Origin: Phyllobates terribilis
Taxonomy: Eukaryota
Direction of reading: 5' to 3'
Assembly (NCBI RefSeq): GCF_046119375.1
Contig: NW_027362762.1
Span: 130,758,001-130,822,000, forward strand
DNA length: 64,000 bases
Shown piece by piece: positions 62,679 to 64,000 of the stretch. Position 1 is the stretch's first letter. Every line of letters starts with the position of its first letter. The notes under the pieces were generated by a model, which worked only from the letters and a program-made list of their open reading frames with translations, was not told the origin of the DNA and did not search any database. The translations under genes and the position numbers were made by a program.

Positions 62679-63278
62679 TAGGGATGAGCGAGTAGTGAAA
62701 TAATCGGACTCGCTATACTCGTAACGAGCAGGTCCCAATACTCGGGTACTCGTTACAAGTAGCGAGTCCAATGTAAGTCAATGGGAAAAGCAAGTAAGCC
62801 GAATAATTGTCTGCTGGAGCCTATAAAGCCGTCTGGGGGCTGAGGAAAAGGCTGAAATGGGTGCACGATTGTTTAAAAGCTGGCGGTAAAAAGCCGCCGG
62901 CTGTTAAACAATCACTCAGCCCCATACTCACTTCCCCGCAGCCTCCCATCCTGATCCTCCGCTCCCCCGTCGCTTCCCATCCCGATCCTAAGTTAGGACC
63001 GGGCGGGGAGCGCAGCACCAGGGAGCAGGGAACGAAGGACCCGGGCGGGGAAGCCGGCAGTGAAAAGACTTCACCGCCAGCTTTCCCGTTCGGTGTTGCG
63101 CTCCGACTGCATGAACCCCAGACCGCTTTATAGGCTTCAGCAGACACTTACTCGGCTTACTTGCATTGTACTCGTTACTCCTAGCGAGTAATCACAAGGA
63201 AACTCGGGGAGTAACGAGTAGCCCAAGTACCGTACTATTCGGCGAGTACCAAATAATGAGTATACTCGCTCATCCCTA
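62679..63278. mobile_element. hAT (Ac-like terminus) MITE, 600 bp
   Basis: 16-bp TIRs TAGGGATGAGCGAGTA / TACTCGCTCATCCCTA and a perfect 8-bp TSD AGTGTTAC. Confidence 0.92.
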
Positions 63279-63394
63279 AGTGTTACCATCAGAGAGAAAC
63301 AAACCACTTTTTTTTTTCTCAGGTGTCCTCATGGTTGCCTCCATTTTTTTCTCATCCATTGAAGTAGGTAGACCTTGTAGACTGGAATTCTGAA

Positions 63395-63546
63395 AGAGGT
63401 TGTCCACTACGTTATCATTGATGTCCTTTCCTTAGGATAGGTCATCAGATCAATGTCTGATCAGTTGGGGTCCGACCCCGAGCGATCAGACATTGATGAC
63501 CTATCTTAAGGAAAGACCAACTATGATAAAGTAGTGGACAGCCTCT
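63395..63546. mobile_element. Internally deleted T2/Kolobok-type MITE (152 bp), same family as 17463-17857
   Basis: AGAGGTTGTCCACTAC...GTAGTGGACAGCCTCT termini and shared subterminal arms. Confidence 0.85.
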
Positions 63547-64000
63547 TTCAGAATTAAATTAAAAGTCTGTCTTTTTAGTATTATACGCATCTCACGTGTC
63601 CCCACAGGCTTTAATGGCCAAGTCTGAGCCACAGAACGGATGACAATAGAACATGCTCTGAGTCTCAAGGACCGGAGACATGGACCCAGGCCCGGCGTCA
63701 GCACCAGGTCAAGTCCTGGACCCTGAGCAGGCGGGCGGGCCCATTCGCCATCGGGCATCCCGGCGCGCTATGGAGCCCGTGAGCAGAGGAGTACGATGCC
63801 AGCGCCCGCGAGTGGGCCTCCCCGCTTGCTCAGGGCCCCAGCCTGCACAATACTTACTGTAAAGATCTGAGGTTGTGGGTTGTAAGTAATCACCGAGGCA
63901 GGTTAACGATGCAACAATATTTTATTGATCACAGCCATGGTAATAAAGCAATTCCAGGTAAATGGCCAAAATACAGTTCTCTCAGTCCTCAAGTTCCCAA

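Noticed and set aside
62807-63147. Paired 108-aa ORFs on opposite strands
   Set aside because: They are created by an internal inverted repeat of the hAT MITE.
63680-63862. GC-rich patch as a promoter or first exon of a neighbouring gene
   Set aside because: No recognisable peptide or splice structure. CAGGCCCGGCG at its start looks more like a hAT-type MITE end, but no partner end or TSD was found.

Overview
Eukaryotic vertebrate DNA, inferred to be anuran (frog) from its repeat families. It has four N gaps. The only host gene found is WDFY2 on the minus strand: coding exon 1 at 25555-25419 and exon 2 at 1502-1435, separated by a 23.9-kb intron. That intron holds MITEs, two Tc1-like elements and a ~6-kb minisatellite that is G-rich on the sense strand. 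The ~38 kb upstream of the gene is almost all nested transposons: a truncated DD37E element; a tandem three-LTR array of a non-autonomous chromovirus-derived element; a second Gypsy remnant whose RT-RH-IN is replaced by a foldback piggyBac-type element; a tandem three-LTR Sushi/Tf1-like chromovirus array with one 5-bp TSD; a solo LTR; and a DD38E Tc1 element carrying a piggyBac-type and a hAT insertion. The strongest finding is that two different LTR families share a tRNA-independent, Tf1-type self-priming layout (TATA, 29 nt, then a 10-11 nt R start complementary to the PBS) with a compensatory base-pair change between them. One of the two is a pol-less element carrying an unrecognised 3x57-aa repeat. 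All coordinates and alignments were read by eye; no searches were run.
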